Assembly: GCA_963663165.1 (NCBI GenBank)
Contig: OY760175.1
Span: forward strand, 448,001-512,000
Source: an uncultured Desulfospira sp.
Lineage (GTDB): Bacteria > Desulfobacterota > Desulfobacteria > Desulfobacterales > Desulfobacteraceae
Reading direction: 5' to 3'
DNA: 64,000 nucleotides
The position numbers and the translations under genes were made by a program. Positions 9,519 to 19,300 of this stretch are shown one piece after another. How positions within the stretch are numbered: position 1 is the first letter of the stretch; each line of letters begins with the position of its first letter. The notes beneath the pieces were generated by a model that worked only from the letters and a program-made list of their open reading frames with translations, was not told the DNA's origin and did no database searches.

Positions 9519-10172
9519 CTAAGTCAAATTTTGTGGGGCAAATACGTTTCTGATGCCCAGGGCTGTCGCACTGAAACAGCCGGACTGGTCTATTTTGTTG
9601 GCGTATTCGTCAGCCCAGGACACCATTTTGCGGTACTGCCCCTGTTCTCTATCAGTCCCTCCGCCTTGGTTTCCTACCCGGAATCCGTTGATCGTATTTT
9701 TAGCGAAATCAAACATGGAACCACCATTGAGACTCTGGCTTACAAAAGGCCTCATATTTTGACGGACAGGCTCAAGCAGTCCATCAAACAAATCACGGGG
9801 GGCTTTCCGGCTCCCAGAGGTAAACATTCGTTTAAGGGGGTTCATGCCGACGGCCTGGGCCTGAGGAAGGGCAATTTTCGTTACGTAATTTTGTCTATAC
9901 GCCTGGTAATTATTTGCGCCGCCGATACTCTCTTGCTTGACGGAAAGGTATTGGATTGCCCACTGGTCCGTAGATGTATGGCCCTGTGGCTGGGCCGTTT
10001 CCAGAAAAAGACCATGAATAAAGGCGGCCTTGGTTTTTGATGGGTGGGCCCGATAATGCATTGCACAGATGAAAAATACGATTGAATTTACTTTGTTTCC
10101 TGTAACTGAGGCCACCTGAATCAGGCCGCGCGCGCCATTTGGCGTCTTGGCCAATTGATCAATCATCTTCAT
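9519..10172 (-). CDS. Hypothetical protein (217 aa), possible RGS-like helical domain
   Basis: Long ORF with AAGGAG immediately upstream of the ATG. The family assignment is only a by-eye pattern. Confidence 0.7.
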   Translation of the reverse strand: MKMIDQLAKTPNGARGLIQVASVTGNKVNSIVFFICAMHYRAHPSKTKAAFIHGLFLETAQPQGHTSTDQWAIQYLSVKQESIGGANNYQAYRQNYVTKIALPQAQAVGMNPLKRMFTSGSRKAPRDLFDGLLEPVRQNMRPFVSQSLNGGSMFDFAKNTINGFRVGNQGGGTDREQGQYRKMVSWADEYANKIDQSGCFSATALGIRNVFAPQNLT

Positions 10173-10404
10173 TCTCCTTGTAAATCTTATTTAAGATCAG
10201 CAGTAATCATTAAGCCGGATAATTACTGAATCTGAACCGGCTATGAATCACGAAACAGCAACGTTCAGCCATATAAACTGTTCAGGATAAACACTTATAA
10301 TTCATGCCGCTCTGGTGGTTTGGGCTTGAATCTTTACAACAAATTACAATTAATTTCTACCACAGGCAATACTTAAAATATTTTTTCTGATGAGAAATCC
10401 AACA

Positions 10405-10439
10405 ACAAACGGCCTTTGATATTTTCAAAGGCCGTTTGT
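10405..10439. terminator. Strong hairpin, probable terminator of the minus-strand antiporter module
   Basis: ACAAACGGCCTTTGA-N5-TCAAAGGCCGTTTGT, a perfect 15-bp stem. Confidence 0.75.
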
Positions 10440-10482
10440 AACTCATTTATGTATACGTTAATTGATTTATTTTTTGGCGTTT

Positions 10483-12255
10483 TCAGGTAAGGATCACCAC
10501 AAAGAGAATAAAGGAAACCGCGACAGCCGCCCCGACGCCGATGGGAACCGTGCCGTGGGTAAGGTCATCGTAAAGCCGTTGTTTCTTATAGGAAAGCTGT
10601 TTACCCCGGTGGCCCGTCAACAGCCAGAAATTGACGGCAAAAAACAGGGAAATATAAACAGCGGTCTGTTTGAAAAATAACGCCACCTCCTTGACCGCCT
10701 TCATAAGGGCTTTTTCCGAAGCAAGATTCAGGGAATTAAATCCCTTGTCCATAAAGTTGTAAGCCCATACCCCGAATTTTCTGTAAAACCAGTCGGCATC
10801 CAGGTTTTTGCTCCTGACTTCAGGGATGTAATATCCGGACAGGATCAGGAGGGTAAAGGCAAAAGCCCCGAACAGCAGCAGCTGAAGCTGGCCGATGACG
10901 TGGGCACCGGTATAGGGTTGATAATGCACAGTATATGGCAGCAGGTGGTAAAGGGGCTGGTAAAATACCCCTAAGCCCACACACAAAAAGGCGGCCATTC
11001 CCATGGCAATGAGCATGTTCAACGGGGGCTCCTTGGCCCTGATACCGGAATCGTGTCCGAAAAAGGTGAAAAAAGGCACCTTGATGCCGGCATGGTCCAC
11101 AACGCCGGTGGAGGCGAACTGGAGAACCAGCCAGATCAAAAATATTCTTTCATGGGCTGAGGCGGACACAATCATGGACTTGGAGACAAATCCGGAAAAC
11201 AACGGAAATGCCGATATGGACGCGGCCCCGATCATGCAGAACAGGCAGGTCAAGGGCATGGTTTTATAAAGCCCTCCGATTTCCGTACACTTGATCTTGC
11301 CGGTCATCTGAAGGACTGATCCGGCCGCCATAAACAACAGGGCCTTGTAGATAATGTGGCAAAAGGCATGGGCGCAGGCCCCGTTTAGAGCAAGTTCGGT
11401 GCCGATGCCCACCCCGACCAGCATAAACCCGACCTGGTTGATCAGGCTGTAGGAAAGGACCCGGCGGATGTCGTTTTCCAGAACCGCGTAAAAGATGGGA
11501 ATGGATACCATCAGGGCACCGATGACGATGAGCAGGTCGGTGCCGGGAAAGGTTCTGATTAAAAGATAAACCGCTGATTTGGTGGTAAAGGCGCTCAAAA
11601 ACACTGTGGAGGTCGGCGTGCCCATGGGATAGGCATCAGGCAGCCAGGCATGCAGTGGGATGGCGGCGGCATTCAGGGCGATGCCGATAAAAATGAACCA
11701 GGAGCAGGCATCGGTCAGCCCAATATAGTCAAAGCTGGCGCTTCCGGTCTTATGGATGTAAAAAATAATGCCTGCCAGAAGGATCAGGCCCCCCACCAGG
11801 TGGACCATCAGGTATCGGAACCCGGCCTCCCTGGATTCCCGGGTCCGGGGTGCAATGACCAGAAAGGTGGATGCAATGGCCATGATTTCCCAGAACACAT
11901 AAAGGGTAAGAAGGTCCCCGGCCAGCACCACCCCGAGGGTGGAACCGGCATAGACCAGGGCCGATACATGCTGGAGGTTGTCCTCTACCTTTAAGGCAAA
12001 CAACACCCCTATAAAGGCCATGATGCTGAAAATCAATAAAAATATTCTCGACAGCTTGTCGATTCGCCCCAGGATCAGGTCAATGCCTGAAAAGCTGTAA
12101 GTCCAGCAGTTTCCCATGGGCAGGTTAATGACGGTCAAAAAGACGGCCGCCGGCAGAAAAAGCATGTATGCCTGTTTGGATTTCCCCTTGAAAAAGGGGA
12201 TCAGCAGGGCACCGAACACCAGGATAAGACCGGGATGAATCAGATTAGTTGTCAT
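10483..12255 (-). CDS. Na+/H+ antiporter subunit D-like protein (paralog of 6598-8388)
   Basis: Collinear with 6598-8388 (HAWLPDAYP, FLSAFTTK, YSLINQVG, GTVPIG.GAAVAVSFI). Confidence 0.9.
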   Translation of the reverse strand: MTTNLIHPGLILVFGALLIPFFKGKSKQAYMLFLPAAVFLTVINLPMGNCWTYSFSGIDLILGRIDKLSRIFLLIFSIMAFIGVLFALKVEDNLQHVSALVYAGSTLGVVLAGDLLTLYVFWEIMAIASTFLVIAPRTRESREAGFRYLMVHLVGGLILLAGIIFYIHKTGSASFDYIGLTDACSWFIFIGIALNAAAIPLHAWLPDAYPMGTPTSTVFLSAFTTKSAVYLLIRTFPGTDLLIVIGALMVSIPIFYAVLENDIRRVLSYSLINQVGFMLVGVGIGTELALNGACAHAFCHIIYKALLFMAAGSVLQMTGKIKCTEIGGLYKTMPLTCLFCMIGAASISAFPLFSGFVSKSMIVSASAHERIFLIWLVLQFASTGVVDHAGIKVPFFTFFGHDSGIRAKEPPLNMLIAMGMAAFLCVGLGVFYQPLYHLLPYTVHYQPYTGAHVIGQLQLLLFGAFAFTLLILSGYYIPEVRSKNLDADWFYRKFGVWAYNFMDKGFNSLNLASEKALMKAVKEVALFFKQTAVYISLFFAVNFWLLTGHRGKQLSYKKQRLYDDLTHGTVPIGVGAAVAVSFILFVVILT

Positions 12256-12490
12256 AGTAGTCCTCTTTTCTCATGATGAATTTTCTTAAAATTTTGGCGA
12301 TGAATATGAGGGAAACGTAAGAGATAAAGCCATACACGGCATAAAATCCAAAGAAATGGGCCACATGGAATTCAGCGTGCATGTCCACAAGTCCTTCACC
12401 AAGAAGCACAAGGACTAATGCGATAAAAAATCCTGTTCTGAGTCGACGTACATTTTCCGGCTTGTCAAAAATCGTTAATTCTTTTCTCAT
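12245..12490 (-). CDS. Small two-TM membrane protein (paralog of 6336-6608)
   Basis: MRKELTIFDKPENVRRL...GFYAVYGF...RKEDYYDN. AAGGAG lies upstream of the ATG at 12490. Confidence 0.85.
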   Translation of the reverse strand: MRKELTIFDKPENVRRLRTGFFIALVLVLLGEGLVDMHAEFHVAHFFGFYAVYGFISYVSLIFIAKILRKFIMRKEDYYDN

Positions 12491-12512
12491 TTTCAGCTCC
12501 TTTACTTGATTT

Positions 12513-12650
12513 TCAGTGAAGATGGGTGAAGATGTAGATAAAGTAGGCCACTGCCACACACAGGACAATGTGAAAAACAGTCTTGAATCCGGGGGTTTCC
12601 CCATGTTCAAGCACTTCATATGTTTCGTTTCTGAACGTCTTGGTTTTCAT
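12513..12650 (-). CDS. Small single-TM membrane protein (45 aa; paralog of 6020-6154), missing from the ORF track
   Basis: Manual translation gives MKTKTFRNETYEVLEHGETPGFKTVFHIVLCVAVAYFIYIFTHLH*, with GGAG upstream. Confidence 0.7.
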   Translation of the reverse strand: MKTKTFRNETYEVLEHGETPGFKTVFHIVLCVAVAYFIYIFTHLH

Positions 12651-12679
12651 AACTCTTTTTCTCCAGCGGTTCATTTCGG

Positions 12680-13045
12680 GGTAAAATTTGACCCGGTTCG
12701 GTCAAGGAATCGGACGGCCCCAGGACGTAAGTCACCAGTCCCAGGCCCACCAAGGTTGGATTAAACATCTGATCCAGCCTGGTGACGGTTGGGTGTTAGG
12801 GAGCCTTCCTTTAGGAACTCGGAAAGAAATAAATCCCCCATCTTGCTTGCCTTTTTGTCCGTCTCCTGCGTTACGCCAAAGGGCACATATATATAATATG
12901 CTCCCTTTGACGTGCCTTGGATACGAACAAAAATTCGGCGCAATATGATGGCATTTATTTCTTCCGAGTCCCTTAAAAAGGGACAGGTTTGCTGCTGGAA
13001 TGACCATGTCACCACCCTTTGAAAGATGCGTTCTGCATCTGTTTT
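12680..13045 (-). ncRNA. Candidate structured 5' leader / ncRNA upstream of the duplicated antiporter module
   Basis: ~150-nt imperfect rod hairpin (12817-12969) plus several flanking hairpins. G-U pairs work only on the minus strand. Confidence 0.5.
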
Positions 13046-13296
13046 AAGGACAGCGGATAGTGAATCCTAAGGGGTTCTAATTTTTAGAACTTCCGCAGTT
13101 AAATGAAATGAATTTGATAGTGAAAACGATGGAGAATTTGAAAACCAGGTGTGTGTAAAAAAAAGAAAACGATTTTAAATCTAATGTGAATGCCAATGCT
13201 AATATTCGTTCGCGTCTAATTGGGTATAGGCAGATCTCCTTTGTGTTTGGATTTTGTACCGCTTTGTTTTTTCAAGCTGTCGTTTTAATCAATGGC

Positions 13297-13321
13297 AGGG
13301 CCGACCCGTTGGATCGGCCCT
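13297..13321 (-). terminator. Hairpin downstream of the PKS gene
   Basis: AGGGCCGA...TCGGCCCT, 44 bp past the stop codon. Confidence 0.5.
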
Positions 13322-13364
13322 TATTGTTTTCTATCTTAGTGGTTTAAAAAATTCAAATCTTTTT

Positions 13365-16300
13365 TTAATCCATTGGCGGGGCAGGCTGGTCATAAATGGC
13401 GGGCCCGGACAAAAAACCTTCTGGTTTGGCACCGGTCACCATTTCTTGAGGCAGAAAAGAAACCATAAAATCTTTCATTTCATAAATGCAGATGCCGTCA
13501 ACGGTTAACGCCCCGTCAGCTGTGGCAGAAAATTGATTTGATCCGGCCTCAACGCCTTTGATGTGGGCATGGATGGTCACCTGTTTGTTGGACGGGATAA
13601 TCTGTCCTCTGTATATCCACTGGTGAGAGCGGCCCAAGGGAAGTAATACCTCGCTGCTTGAGGGATCAATGTTAAATTTTTTGACCAGAAAGTACCGGAT
13701 CATCTGGATAAAGGACTCAAGGCCAAGGGAGCCAGGGCAGACCGGGTCCTGGTAAAAATGAGCGTGAAAAAACCATTCATCCGGGTCAACCAGTTTTTGA
13801 GCCCTGATATACCCCTGGTCATAAAGCCCCCCATCCATATCCAGGATTTCGATGGTGTCAATCATCCGAAGGGCTTTGGCCGGCATCCCTGAGTCGGGGC
13901 TTTTGCCGTCATCATTGGGGGTTAAGGGGGCATCATCCTGGAAAACCACCGGGGTTTCGTCATTGGGATTCGGCTCATAGGCAGCCAAAAGATTGTCCTT
14001 TATTCCCACTTGATTGGCCAGGGCTTTTGCCGTAAAAAATCCAAAGTTGGTTTTTCCCTGGTAGACCATCTTATCTTTGCACAACACTTCCATGTCAAAA
14101 TTCTGGATAATCATGCCGCCGGCTTTGGACACCTCGGTCATCTTGCAGCGGACCGTTAATGTACCGGTATCGGCGGTCACCTGAGACAGAATGGCGGCGT
14201 TTCCGCCAAGGTTTCTAAAGTGAAGCCGGTCCGGGCTCTCAAGGGCGGAACCAGCAAAGGCGGCCAGCCATCCGCAGGGCTGAAGGGCAATTTCAAGCAG
14301 AATGCAAAAGGGCATGGTGGATGTCCGGTTGGCTTTGAAATACCAGGCGTCCTGGGGGACATCATACTCGGTTTCAATCCAGCCGCCAGGTTTCATTTCC
14401 CACTGGGGATGGTCGGCCAGCAGGACCCGGTCCATAAAAAAATAAGGCGGCCGGGGCAGCCGCGCAATCTGCCGTTGTTCATCAAAAATTTTATATTTTT
14501 CCCCAAAGGCTTCAGAAGGATTGCCCTGGGCAAATGCCAGGATGGATTTCCGGTCAAACAAAGGGGCAGGGGGCGAAAACTTACGGGTAAGCGACGGGGC
14601 TATGACCGCCTCAAATCCGGTGATGCCGGCCAATACGGTTCCCTGGTGATCCAGAAAGGTAAAATACCCTTTAATTTTATGGCGGGTCTGCTCATTCACG
14701 GTGAACAGAATCCGGACAGGCCCGTCCTGGATTTTTGTATAGGATGAATACAGGCGAAGCCCTGCCAGGAAACTGGGCAGACAGACCTGTTTTGTTGTTT
14801 CCCAGGTCCAGAGAATGGCGGCCTGGAAGGCGGCATCCAGCAGCATGGGGTCAATGGTCCAGGATTTTGAATGGGGGGTTTTGTACCACTTTTGGGTTTC
14901 AGGGGCGGTCAGCGCAAAGACTTCAATGCCTTTGGCAGATACCCCTTTAATCCGGGTGATACACTCAAGATCTTTCCCATGAAACAACACCTGCTCATAG
15001 GCCTGGGCGATGGTCAGGGACGGCTCGTGCAGATCCATGGTAATGGTCTTGGACAGTACGGGCGGTTCAGGCAGGCTGTCGGTTAATATGCAGGTCCCGG
15101 CGGCATGGCGGATTTCCTGTTGGCCGCAGGTTGAGGTCAGGATGCCGGAACAGCCGTATCCGTTATCTTCAGGGGTGCATTTGGTCACCTTGAGGGTCAG
15201 GTCAATGCCATTGTCTGAAGATCCATCCGCTGTGGGCCGAACACCCTTTAGCAGCCTCATGTTGTCCATTCCGGAAAAGACCAGGCCGGGGTTGTTTTTT
15301 TCAGCGCCATGGGCCATGAGCTCAATTAGCAGGGCAAAGGGAACCACGGGAAGGCCGTCTATGGTGTGGGCGTCAAGGATGGGGACCTGGCCGGTTGAGA
15401 AGTTTTGGGTCAGCACCCTGGTGTAATGTTTGGGGGAGGGCAGATGATCCTTTCCTTTTCCCGGGGTCAGGCCGCCGCCAATGACAATTTCCACCGCTGT
15501 GGGTCTGGCCGCAGCCATTTCCCGGGTCAGGCAGGCGGCACCGGCGTTGACAGGAATCAGGTCAATGCCTTTTCGCTGGAATTCTTTTTTTAAGGACGGA
15601 TTGACCATGCCCGCCTCCCAGGGTCCCCAGTTGATGGATACCACCCGGGTCTCGGGATTTTTGCGGGCAAACCAGGCCGCCGTCTTGTTAAGTGCCTCGT
15701 TGGCTGCGGCATAGTCGGATTGTCCGGTGTTTCCGGTCCGGGCCGCAATGGATGAAAATAAGGCAAGGTATCTGACCGGATCGGATTTGGTCAGGGAAAG
15801 CAAGGTATACAAACCGGTGACCTTTGTGGAAAAGACCGTTTCAAATTGCTGATCGGATTTATCAACGATAAGCTTGTCGGCCACCACCCCTGCGCCGTGA
15901 ATAAGGGCACTGACCGGTCCTAAGGTTTCACGGATACGTGAAAATACGGGGGCCAGTTTTTCTTTATCCCGGATGTCAACGCTGAAATAGACCCCTTTGG
16001 CATTCAGGCGGTTGATCCGATCCAGGGTGGCAAGGATTTCCCGGTTGGCAGCAAGGCGTTTATACCGGGCCTCAATATCCGAGGGTTTGGGCTTAAGGTC
16101 TTTGAATTCATTGACCAGTATGGCTTTTTTCAAGCCGGGCGCATCCGAAATTCCGTTGGCCCATGAAGGCTCTTCAAAGGGTTCCGGGGACCGGCCGAGA
16201 AGAACAATGGTACAGCCCGTTTCTTTGGCCAGCCTGATGGCGCATTGGGCGGTAACCCCCCTGGCTCCGCCGGTGATGACGGCCACCTCTCCTGTTTGAA

Positions 16301-19300
16301 GGTTAAGGAGATCAGCCTTCGGCAATGTTGCAGGCAACCCAGCGGCTTCCATAACCGGAATGTTGCAGTAATCGCCGTCAAGCCCCATTTCAACTTCCCC
16401 CTGGGTCATGGCCAGTGAAACAGCGGCTTCGGCATTGTTAAGGCATTTTTCAAGGGTTCCAGGCAGGTCCATGGAACGCCAGAGAATTTTTTTGAATTCA
16501 ATGGCGCAGGTTTTAATCAACCCTGAAAGGCCACCATAGACCGGACAGGTGGAAATGGGGGAACCATCCAGGCCAAATCCCCCTCCCAGGAAGGTGACGC
16601 CGCAAAGAAATGCCCCTTTCACGGCGGCCGATGCCGTCAGTTCATGGGCATTGGTTTTGATCAAAAGAAAAGCGGCTTTAAGGAAATTGGAGGCCCTGAC
16701 AGGGTCCTGGTCCTGAAAGGTTTCCTGTAAAATTAACAGGCCTGCGGCATTGGACAGTTTGGGGATATGGTGCTGTGATAACGGGATTACCCGGGAAGGG
16801 ATGTCCTGTTTTTGAAACTCTTCTTGAAGGCGTAAGGCAAGGGTTTGCTGGTCCGGGTCATCCGGGCAGCTGGTGATATAAACTATTTTATTTTCCGGCA
16901 GGTCAATTTTGGCCCCGTTATAAAACCGGATCTGGTCTGTGGGAAATCGTTTAAGCTTGACTTGCCTTCGCAGCAGATCCGGCAGAACGTCTATATTCTC
17001 ATCGACTGCCCGGGTGTCAGCGGCACTGGATAAAGTTTTTTTTTTATTCCCCGCAGGGGGGGGGCTATCTTTAGGGGTCAGGTACTGGACAATGTCCTGT
17101 ATGGTTCTAAGAGCGCCCATGTCTTCGGGCGAAAGATTCGGACCGGTGTCAAGCTCCTGTTCAAGCCGGGAGAGGATCTCCACCCGTTTGATGGAATCCA
17201 CACCTAAGTCGGATTCAAGGTCCATATCCGGCTCAAGCATTTCAACGGGAAAACCGGTCAGCTCACTGATAATGCCCACTAAAACCTGATAGGTGTTGGC
17301 ACAGGCCTCACTTGAATCAGATGCTTTTTTTGCAGGGGCGGAAGGGGTGCTTTTTTTACTTGCCGGGGGGGTATCCGGAAGTTTCTCAGGTACGGCAAGG
17401 CTGCTGGCAAGGGCAGAACAAATATCATCAAGGGTTTGAACCGCCCCCATGTTTTCCGGGGTTAAACCGGACTGGTCTTCAAAGTGTTTTTCAAGTTCTG
17501 AAATGATTTCTACCCGTTTGATGGAATCAATGCCAAGATCTGATTCAATGTTCATCTCAGGTTCCAGCATTTCAACGGGAAAACCGGTCAGGCGGCTGAC
17601 AATGTCAAATAAGACCGGTTGAATCGATCCGGACGGGACCTGGCCCGGTTCAGGCACCGGTGGGGACAATGGGGTGTTATGGGGTTGGTCGGCAAATGGC
17701 GCTGTTTGGGCAGCATTCCCATGGTCCGGCTGGTCCTCAGTGAGGTCCTGCACCGGCTGGCTTAAAGGCGCGGCGGTTTGCACGGGTGACTGTGCTGGCG
17801 TTTGCACTGGTGCTTGCACGGGTGTTTGTACTGGTGCCTGCAGGGGTGCCGGTACAGAAGGCAGATGATGGGTGTGGCCCATCATTCCGGCCAATGCCCG
17901 GGCGGCCTCGGCCTGGGTTTCCAGAAATTTTTCATGGGCCCTGGCCGTCTGGGCCTGGAGTTCCTGCATGGCTTCAAGTCCCCTGTGAACCAGGCGCATG
18001 GCCTCATGGGACGGGTTCTGTTCTTGGGCTTTAAACGGTGAACGGTTCATTTTATACCCTTGCTTGCTGATGTTGTCTGGTGTTAAAGGGGGGGTTCGGG
18101 TTGGGGTGGGTTCTACTGCATGGCGGCCGGATGCCGGCATGGCCAGACCGGCGGATTTTTGATCCGGATTCTGAACCGCTGGCTTGGGAAATGAAGTTTT
18201 CCTGGGGGCGGCCAAGCGCCCTTTTCCGGCTGCTGCCGGTTCCGGTTTGGGCGGTTCCGGTTTGGGATTGGCCCCGGACAACATGACCTTCATTTTACGG
18301 GGTTCCGGCTCTGTTGCCGGGTCTTCCCATGCTTTAAGGTCAATGGGATGGCCTAAAGCGGCAATTTGCGCCAGGGTAAGGGCCAGGTCAAAAATGCCTG
18401 ATTTTTTGCCGGCTGATCCGTCCACGGACAGGAAAGAACAGCCGGTTTCTTTGAGAATATTTCGGGCAAGGCCGGTAAGGACCGCTTTTGGGCCAACCTC
18501 CAGGAAGGTGGTCACCTTATGGGCCGCCATGGTCTCAATGTTACCGATAAAGTTGACCGGATGGCTCAGCTGCCGGCCCAGGGTCTGCATGATTTCGGGG
18601 ATGGTATCCGGATAAGGGGTTCCCGTGGTATTGGACAACACCGTCACCGGGGTGGGGGTGATGTCAATTTCTGTAAGGGCTTCTTGGAAAGGTTTGGCCG
18701 CCTCTTTGACCAGCCCGGAATGAAAGGCTGCGGCCACGGGCAGCTTGACCGCCCTTATCTTGGCGCTGCGGCAAAGGGTAAAGGCCCGGTCAATTTCTTT
18801 GGAAGCCCCGGACAAGACCCCCTGGGAGGGGGCATTTCTATTGGCCAGGATCAGATTAAGTTCATTGTCAATAATCAGTTTCTCAATGGTTTCAAGGCTT
18901 GCCTGGACCGCGAGCATGGACCCTGGATCATTGTCGCTGCCGGCGTTTCCGGCGGTTGCCATGAGCTGTCCCCGGATGGCGGCCAGGGCCGCCATGGTTT
19001 CCGGTGAAATCCAGTTGGCGGCCATGAGCGCCGGCAGTTCGCCAAAACTGTGACCACAGGTCATGGAAGGATACACCTTGAATCGGTTTAAAATACGGAC
19101 CATGGCCAGGCTGACCGCCCCTAACGCCGGCTGGGCCACATGGGTTTGCCGCAGCTTTTTTTCAGCCTGACCTTTGTCGATAATGTGGGGAGGCAAAGGG
19201 AAAACAGCTTCATCCAGGGATTGGTCCAGTGATTTGTTTTCACGGGAAAACGCCTGTCCTGAAAGAGAAAAGGCGTCTAAGGCTTCGGGAAAGGTACTCA

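Noticed and set aside
10257..10271. Sigma54 promoter for the orphan gene (TGGCTGAACGTTGCT)
   Set aside because: The GG-to-GC spacing is 9 nt rather than the required 10.
12817..12969. Possible 6S RNA
   Set aside because: It is rod-like but has no large central bubble, and it is not in the usual zapA/ygfA-type context. An Rfam scan is needed to exclude it fully.
12960..13000. Resemblance to a c-di-GMP-I riboswitch (GCAAACC...GGGAC on the minus strand)
   Set aside because: It lacks the GNRA-capped stem and the following GCAAAG element, so it is not assigned.
12688..13015. Short ORFs (86, 91 and 84 aa) in the leader region
   Set aside because: They have no recognisable motifs or convincing RBS, and they overlap each other and the RNA structure.
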